From: Candidatus Thorarchaeota archaeon
GTDB taxonomy: Archaea > Asgardarchaeota > Thorarchaeia > Thorarchaeales > Thorarchaeaceae
Direction: 5' to 3'
DNA length: 64,000 bases
NCBI GenBank assembly: GCA_048882045.1
Contig: JBHLRZ010000015.1
Coordinates: 12,540-76,539 of the forward strand
In this document: one piece after another, positions 9,409 to 20,600 of the stretch
How positions within the stretch are numbered: position 1 is the stretch's first letter
How the letters are laid out: each line of letters starts with the position of its first letter
The notes under the pieces: model-generated
Databases searched by the model: none
Seen by the model: only the letters and a program-made list of their open reading frames with translations
Told to the model about the DNA's origin: nothing
Position numbers and translations under genes: made by a program

Positions 9409-10611
9409 ATGGCAGAAGTTCTCACCAAACCGTCAAGACGAATCAGAAACATGGTGATGAAGGAGCTAAGGTTGATAGTCAAAGACAAGGTAGCCCTTCT
9501 CCTCATCTTCATGCTTCCAGCAGTTCTGATTGGTATGCTTGCTTATGTCACGAACGAGAGCGGCTTTGGTGGTATGAGCGCAAGTGGAGGAGGATTGGGT
9601 GGTGGGATTGGCGGAGATGGTAATGTCACAGCCACTGATAATGGAAATGAAACAGGTTTGGGAATCATCTTTGGGATTGTTGACTTGGACACTACAAGGA
9701 CATACGATGGTGAGGACCTCTCTGAGAACTTAACAGCGTATTTCGAGTTGATAGTGGATGAAATCATACATTATAATTCAACAGCAGAGGCGTATCGGGG
9801 GCTCTATGAGAAGGAGATAACTGCATATGTGGTGATTCCTGACGGGTTTGAAGCTAACCTCACAATAAATGAACCCACGTATATCGAGGTCCATTTTGAT
9901 GGAAACGATCTCTTGGGCTCAGCGAGTGTATCAGGAGTGGTTCAGGGAGCTACAATCCTATTTCGTGTGGGCAAATTGTGGATCCGATCTGAAGTCTTCC
10001 CAGGAACCGTGATAGAGTTTGCACCTGAAGGAGGATATCTGGAGAGTGTATTCGGAGCATTCATTGTTATTTTTTCAAGCTATCTGGGTATCGCAATGAC
10101 CTCAGCACAGTCGATTGTGGGAGACGCTCCTCTTCGAAGGATGCTCTTGACGCCTACAAACAGGCTTGAAGTCATCACCGCAAAGGTGTTTGGCTATGTG
10201 ATCATTGGATTCTTCCAGTCGCTTCTTTTGGTTACCCTTTGGGTCCTAGCTTTTGACCTCAGTCTAAATACAAGTTTCCTCGCTCTCGTTATTATTATGT
10301 GTCTGGCTTCTCTGACAGGTTCAGCGACTGGCATATTGATTTCATCTGTCGCTGGCACTCGACTTCAGGCAAATCAGATGTTTCTCTTCGTCCTGTTCGC
10401 GACATTGATTCTAGCAGGATTCTTCATTGATGTGGGAGTCTTGGATGAGTATCTACCAATGAATCAGGCGATGGGGCTGCTAATAGATACTGCATTCAAG
10501 GGTCTCTCATTACTAGAGGTTTGGGAAAGAATCCTGAAGTTGCTCGGATTCTCGGTCATAGCAATGTTAGCAGCTTCGTACATATTCTCGAAAAAACCCA
10601 CTCTAGGGTAG
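9409..10611 (+). CDS. ABC-2 type exporter permease with extracellular loop
   Basis: 'MVMKELRLIVKDK..LLLIFMLP', a large extracellular loop with N-glycosylation sequons, 'RRMLLTPTNRLEVITAK' and further TM helices. Confidence 0.9.
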   Translation: MAEVLTKPSRRIRNMVMKELRLIVKDKVALLLIFMLPAVLIGMLAYVTNESGFGGMSASGGGLGGGIGGDGNVTATDNGNETGLGIIFGIVDLDTTRTYDGEDLSENLTAYFELIVDEIIHYNSTAEAYRGLYEKEITAYVVIPDGFEANLTINEPTYIEVHFDGNDLLGSASVSGVVQGATILFRVGKLWIRSEVFPGTVIEFAPEGGYLESVFGAFIVIFSSYLGIAMTSAQSIVGDAPLRRMLLTPTNRLEVITAKVFGYVIIGFFQSLLLVTLWVLAFDLSLNTSFLALVIIMCLASLTGSATGILISSVAGTRLQANQMFLFVLFATLILAGFFIDVGVLDEYLPMNQAMGLLIDTAFKGLSLLEVWERILKLLGFSVIAMLAASYIFSKKPTLG

Positions 10612-10623
10612 GAGTGATCAAAG

Positions 10624-12300
10624 ATGATACAAGATACGGACCGTTCACCTATGGATGACGAAAAGCCAGTCTTTGTGGAGGAAGCATACTTCTCAGGAAC
10701 AAGGATAGGAGAGGCCATTGACTGGTGCATTGCACGAGAGGACCGTGAACTCCATGTTGAGGTAGAAGGAAAACTGACCTCAACTGGAAAAGAAGTCAAG
10801 TTCAGGGGGCGTGTCTTAAAGGTCAAGAAAGGCGTCCTAGCAAGAAGGATAGCAGTTTACATTGAGGAAGACCTCAGAAGGAGACGCGCGGGAGAGTTGG
10901 ACAAAGTCCTCACTGTAGGTGGTGACAATTCAAGTCAGGACGATGTTGCATCAACGATGATCACGGTTCAGAACTACCTGAAACGAAATATGTCGGATGA
11001 CTTGTATTATGATGGCAGAGACCTTCAACAGGCTGTAAAAGATTTGGAGAAGATGAAGAGTCAGGAAGTGGCCTGTACTGTATGGGGGAAAAGAGGGTCT
11101 GATAAGCTGCCCATCATGATCAAAGGAGTCATCGTAGGGGCTTCGACTGCACCAGCTCCGATTCTTCCAGAGGGTACCCTTGAGGTCAGAGTAGCACCAG
11201 AAGGTGATGTCGGAGACCCAAGGATATACCACATAGCACAACCTCAACTTCTGGTCGGTCCACGTACTAATCCCAACTTCACTGTACTCGCAAACAAGGT
11301 CTACATCATGCCATTTGCCTGGAAGATGGCACCAGAATACAGGGATGTGCTTGCTGCAAGGAATCTGACTGTCAAGGTCAAGAGCGGACTGAAGCTCATC
11401 GAAAATGTGTCCTTCTCTATTCGTGAGGGGGAGATGTTGGCTATCATTGGAGAATCTGGAGCGGGTAAGTCGACGACAGTGAAGGCACTAATCGGAGATA
11501 TTCCTAGCACTGGAGTTGCTAGGATTGCTGGTATTGACTCCAAACAGACCCAGAAGGTTCGTCACTTCTTCGGATACTGCCCTCAGGACCTGTCTTACAT
11601 GTACGAAACCTTCACTCCTCTTGAGAACATCATCGCATTTGGAAAACAGTATGACATCCCTGAGTGGCAGCTCATCCAGCGAGGAAAGACATTACTGAGA
11701 GACTTTGGAATCTTGGAGAAGGGGAACAACCCCACAAAGGAACTAAGCGGAGGGGAACAGAGGAGAGTTTCCGTTGGTATCGCACTGGCTCACAAACCGA
11801 AGGTCCTGTTGATGGATGAGCCGACAAGTGGCCTGGATCCTGACAACAGAAGTGAACTCTGGAGCTATCTCACCTACATCAATCAGGAGTATGGCACCTC
11901 TATCATAGTCATCACACACTATCCGGTAGAATCAGAGTTCTGCGACAAGGTCGCAGTCTTCATGCGAGGTAAGAGTCTGGTCGCCTTCGGAAGTCCTGCA
12001 AGGCTAAAGGAATCAATGCCGTCCCGAGGATTCTCAGTGGGTATAGTTCTGGAGGAGGTAGACCCAAGAGCCCGAAGGACTCTGGAGAGTGTGAAGGGTG
12101 TTCGATTCGTACTCCAGCGTGGAGAACTCCTTAAGGTGTTTACAGATGAACCTCTAGAGGTCATTGCTCAGAGTTGTGTCACAGCACTGAAGGAACAGAA
12201 CATCGCAGTGAAGATTGTGAAGACGAAATCTGTAGCTGACATGGTAGATTACTATATAGCTATAACACGAGGCTTGATACAGGGTACAATTGAGAAGTGA
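10624..12300 (+). CDS. ABC ATPase with ~230-aa N-terminal extension (tandem TrmB C-terminal-like domains)
   Basis: Walker A GESGAGKS, signature LSGGE, Walker B LLMDEP, H-loop ITH. The N-terminal extension contains two similar modules. Confidence 0.88.
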   Translation: MIQDTDRSPMDDEKPVFVEEAYFSGTRIGEAIDWCIAREDRELHVEVEGKLTSTGKEVKFRGRVLKVKKGVLARRIAVYIEEDLRRRRAGELDKVLTVGGDNSSQDDVASTMITVQNYLKRNMSDDLYYDGRDLQQAVKDLEKMKSQEVACTVWGKRGSDKLPIMIKGVIVGASTAPAPILPEGTLEVRVAPEGDVGDPRIYHIAQPQLLVGPRTNPNFTVLANKVYIMPFAWKMAPEYRDVLAARNLTVKVKSGLKLIENVSFSIREGEMLAIIGESGAGKSTTVKALIGDIPSTGVARIAGIDSKQTQKVRHFFGYCPQDLSYMYETFTPLENIIAFGKQYDIPEWQLIQRGKTLLRDFGILEKGNNPTKELSGGEQRRVSVGIALAHKPKVLLMDEPTSGLDPDNRSELWSYLTYINQEYGTSIIVITHYPVESEFCDKVAVFMRGKSLVAFGSPARLKESMPSRGFSVGIVLEEVDPRARRTLESVKGVRFVLQRGELLKVFTDEPLEVIAQSCVTALKEQNIAVKIVKTKSVADMVDYYIAITRGLIQGTIEK

Positions 12301-12304
12301 TAAG

Positions 12305-15300
12305 ATGAAAGGGCTGAAGCTGACCATGAGTCACCTGACGGAGAAGCTGATTGCATATCTACTAGTATGCATCATTACAGTCAGTGGACTCACGATTGTT
12401 CCACCGGTCGTTGGTATCAGCCAAGTGCCCTATTATGAGGACCCAATCAACAAGATCGATGAATCATTGATCAACCAGACCTACCTCAATCAACGACTCG
12501 ATGTGCTTGTGGGATACAACGAGGAAGTCGGAGCGTTCAAGGCGAAGAACGCGATATATTATGCTGACAAGAAAGCCGAGATAATCGAAACTTTCGAGTC
12601 TATAGGGATGCTCCATGTGAACATCCTTGGCAGGTCCATAGTTGACCTGGCCAGAGAGGAGTTCATCAATAAGATCTGGTCCAACGAGATGACGCCAATC
12701 AAACAGTTCCAGACAACATCCATCCCAGCCTCGAGCACTGAGGATTATGTCCCTCTCATAGACAGGATCGGTGCGAGAAACCTCTGGGATGCAGGTTACA
12801 ATGGTACTGGTACTGTTATCGCTGTCCTGGACACTGGAGTTGATCCACTTCAGACTGATTTCAGTGTGTCTGCATTCGCATCCTTTGTAGAAGCAGATAC
12901 TCTTCCTCTCGATCTTATTGGACATGGGACATATGCGGCTTCAGTTTTAGCCAGCTCTGGGAACAGTTCAGATGGACTCTATGCCGGTATTGCCCCTGGT
13001 GCAACATTACTCTCTGCAAAGGTTACGCTTGGAGGGCTCTTTGCTGCCCCCAGCTGGATTGTTTCAGGAATAGAATGGGCGAGTAGCAGAGGTGCAGATA
13101 TCATTCTTCTTCCATTCAATACACTAGGAGCACCGGGTGATGCGGTTTCCGAAGCAGTTGAGATTGCAGCAAAGAAGGGAATCTTTGTTGTTGCAGCATC
13201 TGGTGATGATGGCCCGGATTATCTGACAGTAATGTCCCCAGGTGGTAATGCTGCAGCTTTCTGTGTAGGAGCATACGATACTGAGAGATCAGAAATTCCT
13301 GATTTCTCCGGAAGAGGTCCCTCACTATCGCTATTGACCAAACCAGATCTTGTGGCTCCAGGGGTAGGTGTAGTAGGAGCCAAACCATTCTCAGGCTTAG
13401 CGGGATTCGGTTTTGGCGATATTGGACTGGGTGACCTCGGGGATCTTGGTGGACTTGGAGGCCTACTAGGCGGTTCCATCGGAGAAACATATGATGAGAA
13501 CTACACCATCGCAGATACAACCTCAGCCTCAGCAGCCATCACCGCTGGTGCGGCAGCGATACTTTTGCAGGCATTCGACAGGGTCAGTCCTGTAACTTTA
13601 GGTAATGTCCTTAGAGATACTGCAACTTCTATTGGATATGGTGCGAACGATGGTGGAGCAGGCCTTCTAAATCTCCAGGGAGCCTTTGATTATCTTAGCA
13701 CACAACAGACACCTGGAGACCCGCACTCACGAACTACTAGTCTCCCATTACTTGCGTTAGGTCTTGTCGCTGCTAGTGGGACAGATGCTTCCACTACTAT
13801 GTTGATGAGCAGTTTCGGAACAACACTTGTTGCACTGGATGAACGTAATCTTCAGGACTCCGGGATTCATTTGATGATGGGGATGTTTTCATTGAAGTGG
13901 AACAATGAGGACCCAACAAACCTGATGATGTTCGACGTCAAGAGTGAGTTCCATCAGGTGTTTTCTGCATCTCAAACAACACCCTACAATCGATACGTAG
14001 GTGTATTGTCTCATAATGACACGCTCTATGTCACGTTCCTTGTGGAATCATATAATCTGACGACATACTCACCACTTCCACTGACTGCATTTCGAATCAC
14101 TCCGTTCATATTCAACATGGGCAATGAGCCTATTGAGAATGTCAGTCTCTATGTGTCATATTCCTTGGATCTTTATCTTGATGGTGAAGATGACCATGGT
14201 AAGTATGACTTGGATGATCAACAGCTCTTTGCCTATGGTCTCTCTGAGTCATTTGGCAACTTCTACGTCGGGATGAACTCGAGTATCCCACTATCATCAT
14301 TCGAAGTTGGCAATTCTTCAACTATCTCGAGTCACATAACTGACAACAACCTGACTGAATCTACAACATATGATGGCTCTGTGGGTCTAGCTATGCAATG
14401 GGATTTTGGTATTCTGGATGTCGATGAACTTGCTAATGTTACAATTTCGATGGGATTCGGTGAGAACAGAACTGTCCTTGATGCCTCGATTGAGGCCATG
14501 TGGCTCTATGATGTCCCATCAGGAGTGCTGGACAATGGAGACCTGATGGTAGTCGAGGCAGATGTTCCAAGAATTGCTAAGGCAGGCAATACCTACCAGT
14601 CCACAGCTGTAATCATGAACATCGGAAATGAGAATACTACAGCCATAGGAGCCATGCTGGTAATCGAGGGTAGCGTCGAGAATGGAACAATGTTTGCAAG
14701 ATATTTCAACTATGATGAACTAGAACCATTCAAGCCAAAGAGAATGGTGACAGACTGGCGCCCAGAAACTGAAGGTGTAAGGACTGCAGCATGGGCGGTT
14801 TCAACAGGGCTTAGTCAGATTGTTGGTCTAATATCAAACCCCCTCGAAGGACTGATGACCACAGGTGTGGCTATCCTGGATGACTTCTTGCTACGAGATG
14901 TGTTCATCATAGATCCTATTCCATCCATATCCGTCTTTCCAAAGATTCTACCATTTGCACCGTTTGACATAAGATTCCCAGCTGACTTTGGGCTCTACAG
15001 CTTTGTGCTCTCGACAACAGAGTCCCTTGGAAACCTCACAATCGCAAATCATGGAAACGCATCTGATTGGGGAAATATGTCGCTTACAAGTGCTGACACA
15101 ATCGAAGGTTTCTATGACTTCTCACTATTTGCCATGGCGCCAGTAATAGGTGTTGATGGATATCATCGATGTGACTACGTCCTTGAAACAGAATTTGGTT
15201 GGACGACCAATATCACTCTTGAAAGGGTCATCGAGTACCCACGTGCAATGATGCTTCTCGATACCTCTCATGGCGGAGGATTTGGAAGTATTCTAGGAGA

Positions 15301-16693
15301 TTCAGGAGGATTCGGCGACATGGGAGATCTGGGTGGCGGAAATGATACTAGCGGATTTCCCTCTTTCCCCCTTGCTCAGGAAGAACCTCCACAAGATGAT
15401 GGAGGGGTGTCTATGGACTTCAGTCTGAACGATCTGGGAAGTCTTGACTCTCTTGGGAGTCTGTTTGATTCCTTCAGAATGACTACATTCTCTGGATTAT
15501 CAAATATGGACAAGCGGATGGCAGACGTTGGTTTAGATCTCATCGAAACCCCAGGTTTAGAGCTAAATTCAGACCTGTTGGCTCAGTTCTCGACCATATT
15601 CATCATCGCTCCTACTGAGGAGTTCAACTCAACTGAAATAGAGACTCTGAGAGATTTCACAAATGGTGGAGGAACCCTCATCATATTAGGAGACAATGAC
15701 GATAACGCAAATACAACTGTTTTGAATCCTCTCTTGATGGAGTACGGGTACTATCTGTCTGGAACTCATTCCGAGGACAACACGACAGGAATCGTTACAT
15801 CATCTCTATTGGGTGTTGGACTTGAGAGTATGTGGCTCGGCGGCGGCACATACATCATGAACAATCAGTCGAATGCGCAAGTGAGATTAAATGGGAACAG
15901 CGTGGTCATACTTGATGACACAGCACCAGATATAGCAGTCTTTGGGTCTTCTAAGATTTTTATGAACAAGAACCTAGCAAAGTGCAATAATAGCATCCTG
16001 CTGGACAATCTAAACGAGTACCTCCTCAGGAATACTCTGACTACACGGACTAGTCTTTCTGAGAATACCACCCTTTACGAAGCTGGGAAGAGTGTATACG
16101 TCAACCTGGAGCTTGAGGACTACTATGGAAACCCTGTGAACGACCTCTTCGTGGCCATTATCTATGAGTTGCCAAATGGGAGCCTGGCACCCTTTATCGC
16201 TGGATTCGTGGAGGACGGCCTCTATTCCTCACAATTCGCCCCGAGCTACTGGAGAGACGAGGGGCAAATCAACGGGATATTCCTTATTCTAGGTGACGAG
16301 AATTATGCAATGACGTATGCAAGCGTCACATTCTATCTGTACAAGAATCCACCTCCAACAAATCCTGAGACTCCATCAATAGGACTTACAATGGCACAGG
16401 TCGCATTGATCTCCTCAGTCGGGATATTTGGTGGCCTCATAGGTTTGTTAGTCTACAACCGAAGGAGAATGAAGAAGCGTCTAAGGATTCCTGAGATACA
16501 GTCAGACCTGATCATGGAGATTGACACCACGTTGAATACGCTACTCGCAGCTTTCACGCAGCTTGAGGACCTCATTCAACGGGAGGACCTTGACAGAATT
16601 CAGAAGGTCGAAGCATTACGTGTGCTTATGGAAGACATCGAAGAGGGTCGAAAGATGTTCGACCGAGTGAGTGACAAGATAGGAGGTGTGTGA
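12305..16693 (+). CDS. Membrane-anchored S8 subtilisin-like protease with GIFT/GldG-like domain
   Basis: Signal peptide and I9-like propeptide; triad IAVLDTG (Asp, 12830), GHGT (His, 12923), TTS (Ser, 13523); 'KPDLVAPGV'. GIFT-like segment 'RAMMLLDTSH...IIAPTEEFNSTEIETLRDFTNGGGTLIILGD'; C-terminal TM followed by NRRRMKKR. Confidence 0.85.
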   Translation: MKGLKLTMSHLTEKLIAYLLVCIITVSGLTIVPPVVGISQVPYYEDPINKIDESLINQTYLNQRLDVLVGYNEEVGAFKAKNAIYYADKKAEIIETFESIGMLHVNILGRSIVDLAREEFINKIWSNEMTPIKQFQTTSIPASSTEDYVPLIDRIGARNLWDAGYNGTGTVIAVLDTGVDPLQTDFSVSAFASFVEADTLPLDLIGHGTYAASVLASSGNSSDGLYAGIAPGATLLSAKVTLGGLFAAPSWIVSGIEWASSRGADIILLPFNTLGAPGDAVSEAVEIAAKKGIFVVAASGDDGPDYLTVMSPGGNAAAFCVGAYDTERSEIPDFSGRGPSLSLLTKPDLVAPGVGVVGAKPFSGLAGFGFGDIGLGDLGDLGGLGGLLGGSIGETYDENYTIADTTSASAAITAGAAAILLQAFDRVSPVTLGNVLRDTATSIGYGANDGGAGLLNLQGAFDYLSTQQTPGDPHSRTTSLPLLALGLVAASGTDASTTMLMSSFGTTLVALDERNLQDSGIHLMMGMFSLKWNNEDPTNLMMFDVKSEFHQVFSASQTTPYNRYVGVLSHNDTLYVTFLVESYNLTTYSPLPLTAFRITPFIFNMGNEPIENVSLYVSYSLDLYLDGEDDHGKYDLDDQQLFAYGLSESFGNFYVGMNSSIPLSSFEVGNSSTISSHITDNNLTESTTYDGSVGLAMQWDFGILDVDELANVTISMGFGENRTVLDASIEAMWLYDVPSGVLDNGDLMVVEADVPRIAKAGNTYQSTAVIMNIGNENTTAIGAMLVIEGSVENGTMFARYFNYDELEPFKPKRMVTDWRPETEGVRTAAWAVSTGLSQIVGLISNPLEGLMTTGVAILDDFLLRDVFIIDPIPSISVFPKILPFAPFDIRFPADFGLYSFVLSTTESLGNLTIANHGNASDWGNMSLTSADTIEGFYDFSLFAMAPVIGVDGYHRCDYVLETEFGWTTNITLERVIEYPRAMMLLDTSHGGGFGSILGDSGGFGDMGDLGGGNDTSGFPSFPLAQEEPPQDDGGVSMDFSLNDLGSLDSLGSLFDSFRMTTFSGLSNMDKRMADVGLDLIETPGLELNSDLLAQFSTIFIIAPTEEFNSTEIETLRDFTNGGGTLIILGDNDDNANTTVLNPLLMEYGYYLSGTHSEDNTTGIVTSSLLGVGLESMWLGGGTYIMNNQSNAQVRLNGNSVVILDDTAPDIAVFGSSKIFMNKNLAKCNNSILLDNLNEYLLRNTLTTRTSLSENTTLYEAGKSVYVNLELEDYYGNPVNDLFVAIIYELPNGSLAPFIAGFVEDGLYSSQFAPSYWRDEGQINGIFLILGDENYAMTYASVTFYLYKNPPPTNPETPSIGLTMAQVALISSVGIFGGLIGLLVYNRRRMKKRLRIPEIQSDLIMEIDTTLNTLLAAFTQLEDLIQREDLDRIQKVEALRVLMEDIEEGRKMFDRVSDKIGGV

Positions 16694-16694
16694 T

Positions 16695-17678
16695 GTGAGT
16701 AAGGCAATCAAAGAAACTCATCGCGAGATAGACATCATAGACCTCAAAATCGCATTCGGCAAGTTCTATGCTCTAAAGGGAGCTTCCTTCTTCGCGAACA
16801 AGAAGGAATTCTTGGGGATTATCGGAGCCAGCGGTGCAGGGAAGACCACTGTACTCCGTGTGCTCACAGGTCAGATCAAACCAACAGAGGGTCAAGCGTT
16901 TGTGGGAGGATACGACGTAACAAAGAAGTCCAAACTGATTAGCCTCCTGGTGGGTTATGTACCTCAGCTTGAGCATCTGAGCCTATACTACGACTTCAAT
17001 CCACTTCAGAATGCCCAGTTCTTTGGGAGACTCTTTGGTCTCAGACCAAAGGAGATCGAGGAACGTGCCAGGAATGTCCTCACAATTCTCGGGTTTGACG
17101 AGGAGCTCATTACAAAACGCGTGGACAGACTCTCAGGCGGAGAACGCAAGAGGGTTTCCATATGTCTTGGAATGATTCATGATCCGCCTGTCCTACTGCT
17201 GGATGAGCCGACAACTGGGCTTGACGCGCACTTGCGTCACGAAACCCTGAACTATCTGAAGGAACTCAATTACGAGCTGGGCACCACGATGGTGATCATC
17301 AGCCACGACCTTGAGATTGTTGATTACTGTACAAGAGTGTGTCTCCTTGAAGATGGCAACGTCAGCCAGTTCGGGACTCCAGAAGAGCTCATATCATCAC
17401 TACCTGGCAGAGGAGAAAGCATCAGAGTCGTCCTTCATGCATACACTCCGGAGATTATCAGACGCGTACAGTCACTACCAGGAGTACAGTATACTGCTGC
17501 TGCAGGTAGGAACGCCATAAAACTGTTCATCGACGATCCAGCTGATCAGATCCTTCCAATCATTGAAAAACTGAACGAGATGAAATTACCATTTGAAGAG
17601 GTCAGCCTTGTGGAGGCAGACTTCTTTGACTATTTTGCAGTGAAACCGTGGAAAGAAAACGGAGGAACCGCACCATGA
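16695..17678 (+). CDS. ABC exporter ATP-binding protein
   Basis: GASGAGKT, LSGGE, LLLDEP, ISH motifs; GGAGGTG SD upstream of GTG 16695. Confidence 0.93.
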   Translation: MSKAIKETHREIDIIDLKIAFGKFYALKGASFFANKKEFLGIIGASGAGKTTVLRVLTGQIKPTEGQAFVGGYDVTKKSKLISLLVGYVPQLEHLSLYYDFNPLQNAQFFGRLFGLRPKEIEERARNVLTILGFDEELITKRVDRLSGGERKRVSICLGMIHDPPVLLLDEPTTGLDAHLRHETLNYLKELNYELGTTMVIISHDLEIVDYCTRVCLLEDGNVSQFGTPEELISSLPGRGESIRVVLHAYTPEIIRRVQSLPGVQYTAAAGRNAIKLFIDDPADQILPIIEKLNEMKLPFEEVSLVEADFFDYFAVKPWKENGGTAP

Positions 17679-20600
17679 ACATGAAACCGTATCATGCAAT
17701 CATAGCCCTACTGGTGGTCTGTGTGCTTGCAGGAATGCAGGTCCAGACGACAGACCCGGGTTTTCAACCCGTCACAATACCGGTACCACAGGTTCCACAC
17801 TCTATCGCGGAGATCGCACCTTTCAACACGGCCATCGTATGGTCGACCACGACAGGAAACCAGGTCGTGGATGTTGTCATCGACAACTTTGATGCGGATG
17901 CGCGAGACGAGGTGGCAGTCATATCCCAGAATGGGACACTAGTCCTCTTTGATGAGGACGGTACTCTTCTGTGGAGACTTGACTTGGGATCGACGCCACA
18001 TGCTCTCACATCATTCGATGGTACTGCAAGCGCTGGTCAGGAGATGCTCATTGGAACAGACTACGGTGTCTTGGTCGTTGGTGCGGACAAGACTGTTCAG
18101 ATGAACATGTCACTCCCAGAGCCAGTCTACGCGGTGGTTGGTGCTAATGTCGATGGCGATGCCCTGGAAGAGGTCGTTGTGGGCTGTGACGACTTCTACG
18201 TGTATGCCTTTGAGATCAACACGACTCCGCTCTGGAGCTATCTCAGCAACGGCAGAGTGCGGTTGCTCGTTGATGGGGACATCGACGCTGACACTCGAGA
18301 TGAAATTGTGGTAGCCTCTCAAGGAAGGAGATTCACTCTCCTGGAAGACACTGGTGCAGTGCTGTTTGAGAAGACTAGCGCAACTGCAATCAACGTCATC
18401 GCAGCGGGAGACCTCACTACTGCTGCAAACTGGGATGTCCTCTACGGAAGCAGTAACGGAACTGTGGCAGTCTGGTACGACACGGGAACACTCGCCTATA
18501 GCCTAGCATTGGATGACAGCATCACAGCGCTCAGGGTCGGAGACCTAGTCACTGGCGGAAGAAGCGAGTTTGCCTTGGGTACGGATGTGAATCAATTCCG
18601 CGTCTACGACTCTAGTGGATTACTGCTCTGGAACAAGACAATGGGCGGAGCCCCCAATGACATCCGGTTCCCCAATATCGGAGCCACTGCTAACGCTCAG
18701 GTCCTCGTAGGAACACCCAATACCCTGACAATCTACAATTCGACAGGCTGGCGTGTCAATCAACGCACAGTCAATGGTTTCGCTGGGGCTCTCTCAATAG
18801 GAGACCTCGACAGCTTTGGCGGTGAAGAATATGCAGTCGGAACGAACTTCGGCGTCGTATCAACATACGGTCGTGACTTTGACAAGGACCAACTCGCTGA
18901 CGCTCGTGAGATACTCATCGAGGGCACGCTCTATGATGACTCGGATTCGGACAATGATAATCTCAGTGATGGACAGGAAGTCTTGACCTACGATACGAAC
19001 CCTCTCAGTTCAGATTCAGACGGAGACAAGCTTTCCGACTTCGCAGAGGTCATCACCCATGGGACCGACCCCAATGACCCTGATTCAGACGGAGACGATC
19101 TCACTGACTGGCAGGAAATCTACCTAGGTACTGATCCAAATGCGCAGGACACAGATCTTGATGCTTTGACAGACTATGAGGAGAACAACATCACGCTCAC
19201 CGACCCGTTGGAATCTGACTCCAATGACAACGGTGTGAACGATGCTCAGGACGACAACGACGGAGACGGGCTCACTAACCTCCAGGAAGTCCGCATCACA
19301 CTCACTGATCCCAATGACGTCGACTCGGACAACGACGGGACAACCGACTACTACGATGACCAGGACGGCGACAACCTAGCTAACTGGAAGGAGATACAGG
19401 TCGGCACTGATGTATGGGATCCGGATTCCGACGATGACTTATTACTCGATGGTGCTGAGGTCAAGATCTACAAAACTTCACCTCTAAATGAAGACACAGA
19501 TTCTGACCAGTTGACTGACTTTGAGGAAGTCATGATAGTAGGCTCTGACCCGCTCAGTGCCGATGGGGACGATGACGGTCTCTCGGACTATGACGAATGG
19601 GTCGTCTACGGCACTCTGGTGATGAATCCAGACTCTGACTCAGATAATCTTCAAGACGGTGAGGAGGTAAACACCTACCACACTGATCCCTTGAACGATG
19701 ATTCGGATGGCGATCTCATACTTGACGGTGATGAGGTTGACATCTATGGCTCAGATCCCAACTCAGCGGACACTGACCTTGACGGGCTCGATGACTATGC
19801 AGAGATCTTCGTCGAGTTTACAAATGTAACAAATTCAGACACAGACGGAGACTCGCTTGGAGACGGTTTGGAGGTCAACACGTATGGCACAAGTCCTCTA
19901 TTGGTTGATACGGATAATGACAGGATTCGAGACCCCGATGAGATCAAGTACCTAAGCGATGGGTGGGACCCAACCAATAACGAAACCTTTGCTGTAGGAG
20001 TCCTTGATGGCGATTATGACAGGGACGGCGATAATCTCACCAACTATGACGAGATCTATCTGACGCGGACATCGCCAATTCTAGCAGATACGGATGGAGA
20101 CTTGTTGAATGACGACCTGGAAGACAATGACCTGGACGGAATCAACAACTACGATGAAATCTATGTCACATTCTCAAAACCCAGAGATCCTGATTCAGAT
20201 GACGACAAAGTGAAGGATGGTGATGAATGGCTAATTCTGGGAACAGACCTTAACGATGAGGACTCCAACGACAACGGTGTTTCAGACTATGATGAAGACT
20301 TTGACAATGACGATCTTCCAAATGGAATTGAGCTATATGTGACTGAAACAGACCCATTTGATGCCACTACTTATGGATCCACTCCAGATGGAGACTATGA
20401 TGGTGATCTAGATTCCCTACCAAACTACTTTGAGGTGTTCATGAGTCACACAGATCCACTCTATAATGATACTAATGACAACGGGATACTTGACGGGGAC
20501 GAGGATCCTGACAACGATGAATTGACCAATGCTGATGAGTACATGTACGACTGTGACCCTCTAAATGCAGATTCAGACAACGATCAGCTGACTGACGCGG

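Noticed and set aside
17675-18870. Calling the giant protein a true integrin alpha or BBS2 ortholog
   Set aside because: Ca-loop propellers are widespread in prokaryotes, and no thigh/calf domains or GFFKR motif are present; only resemblance can be claimed.
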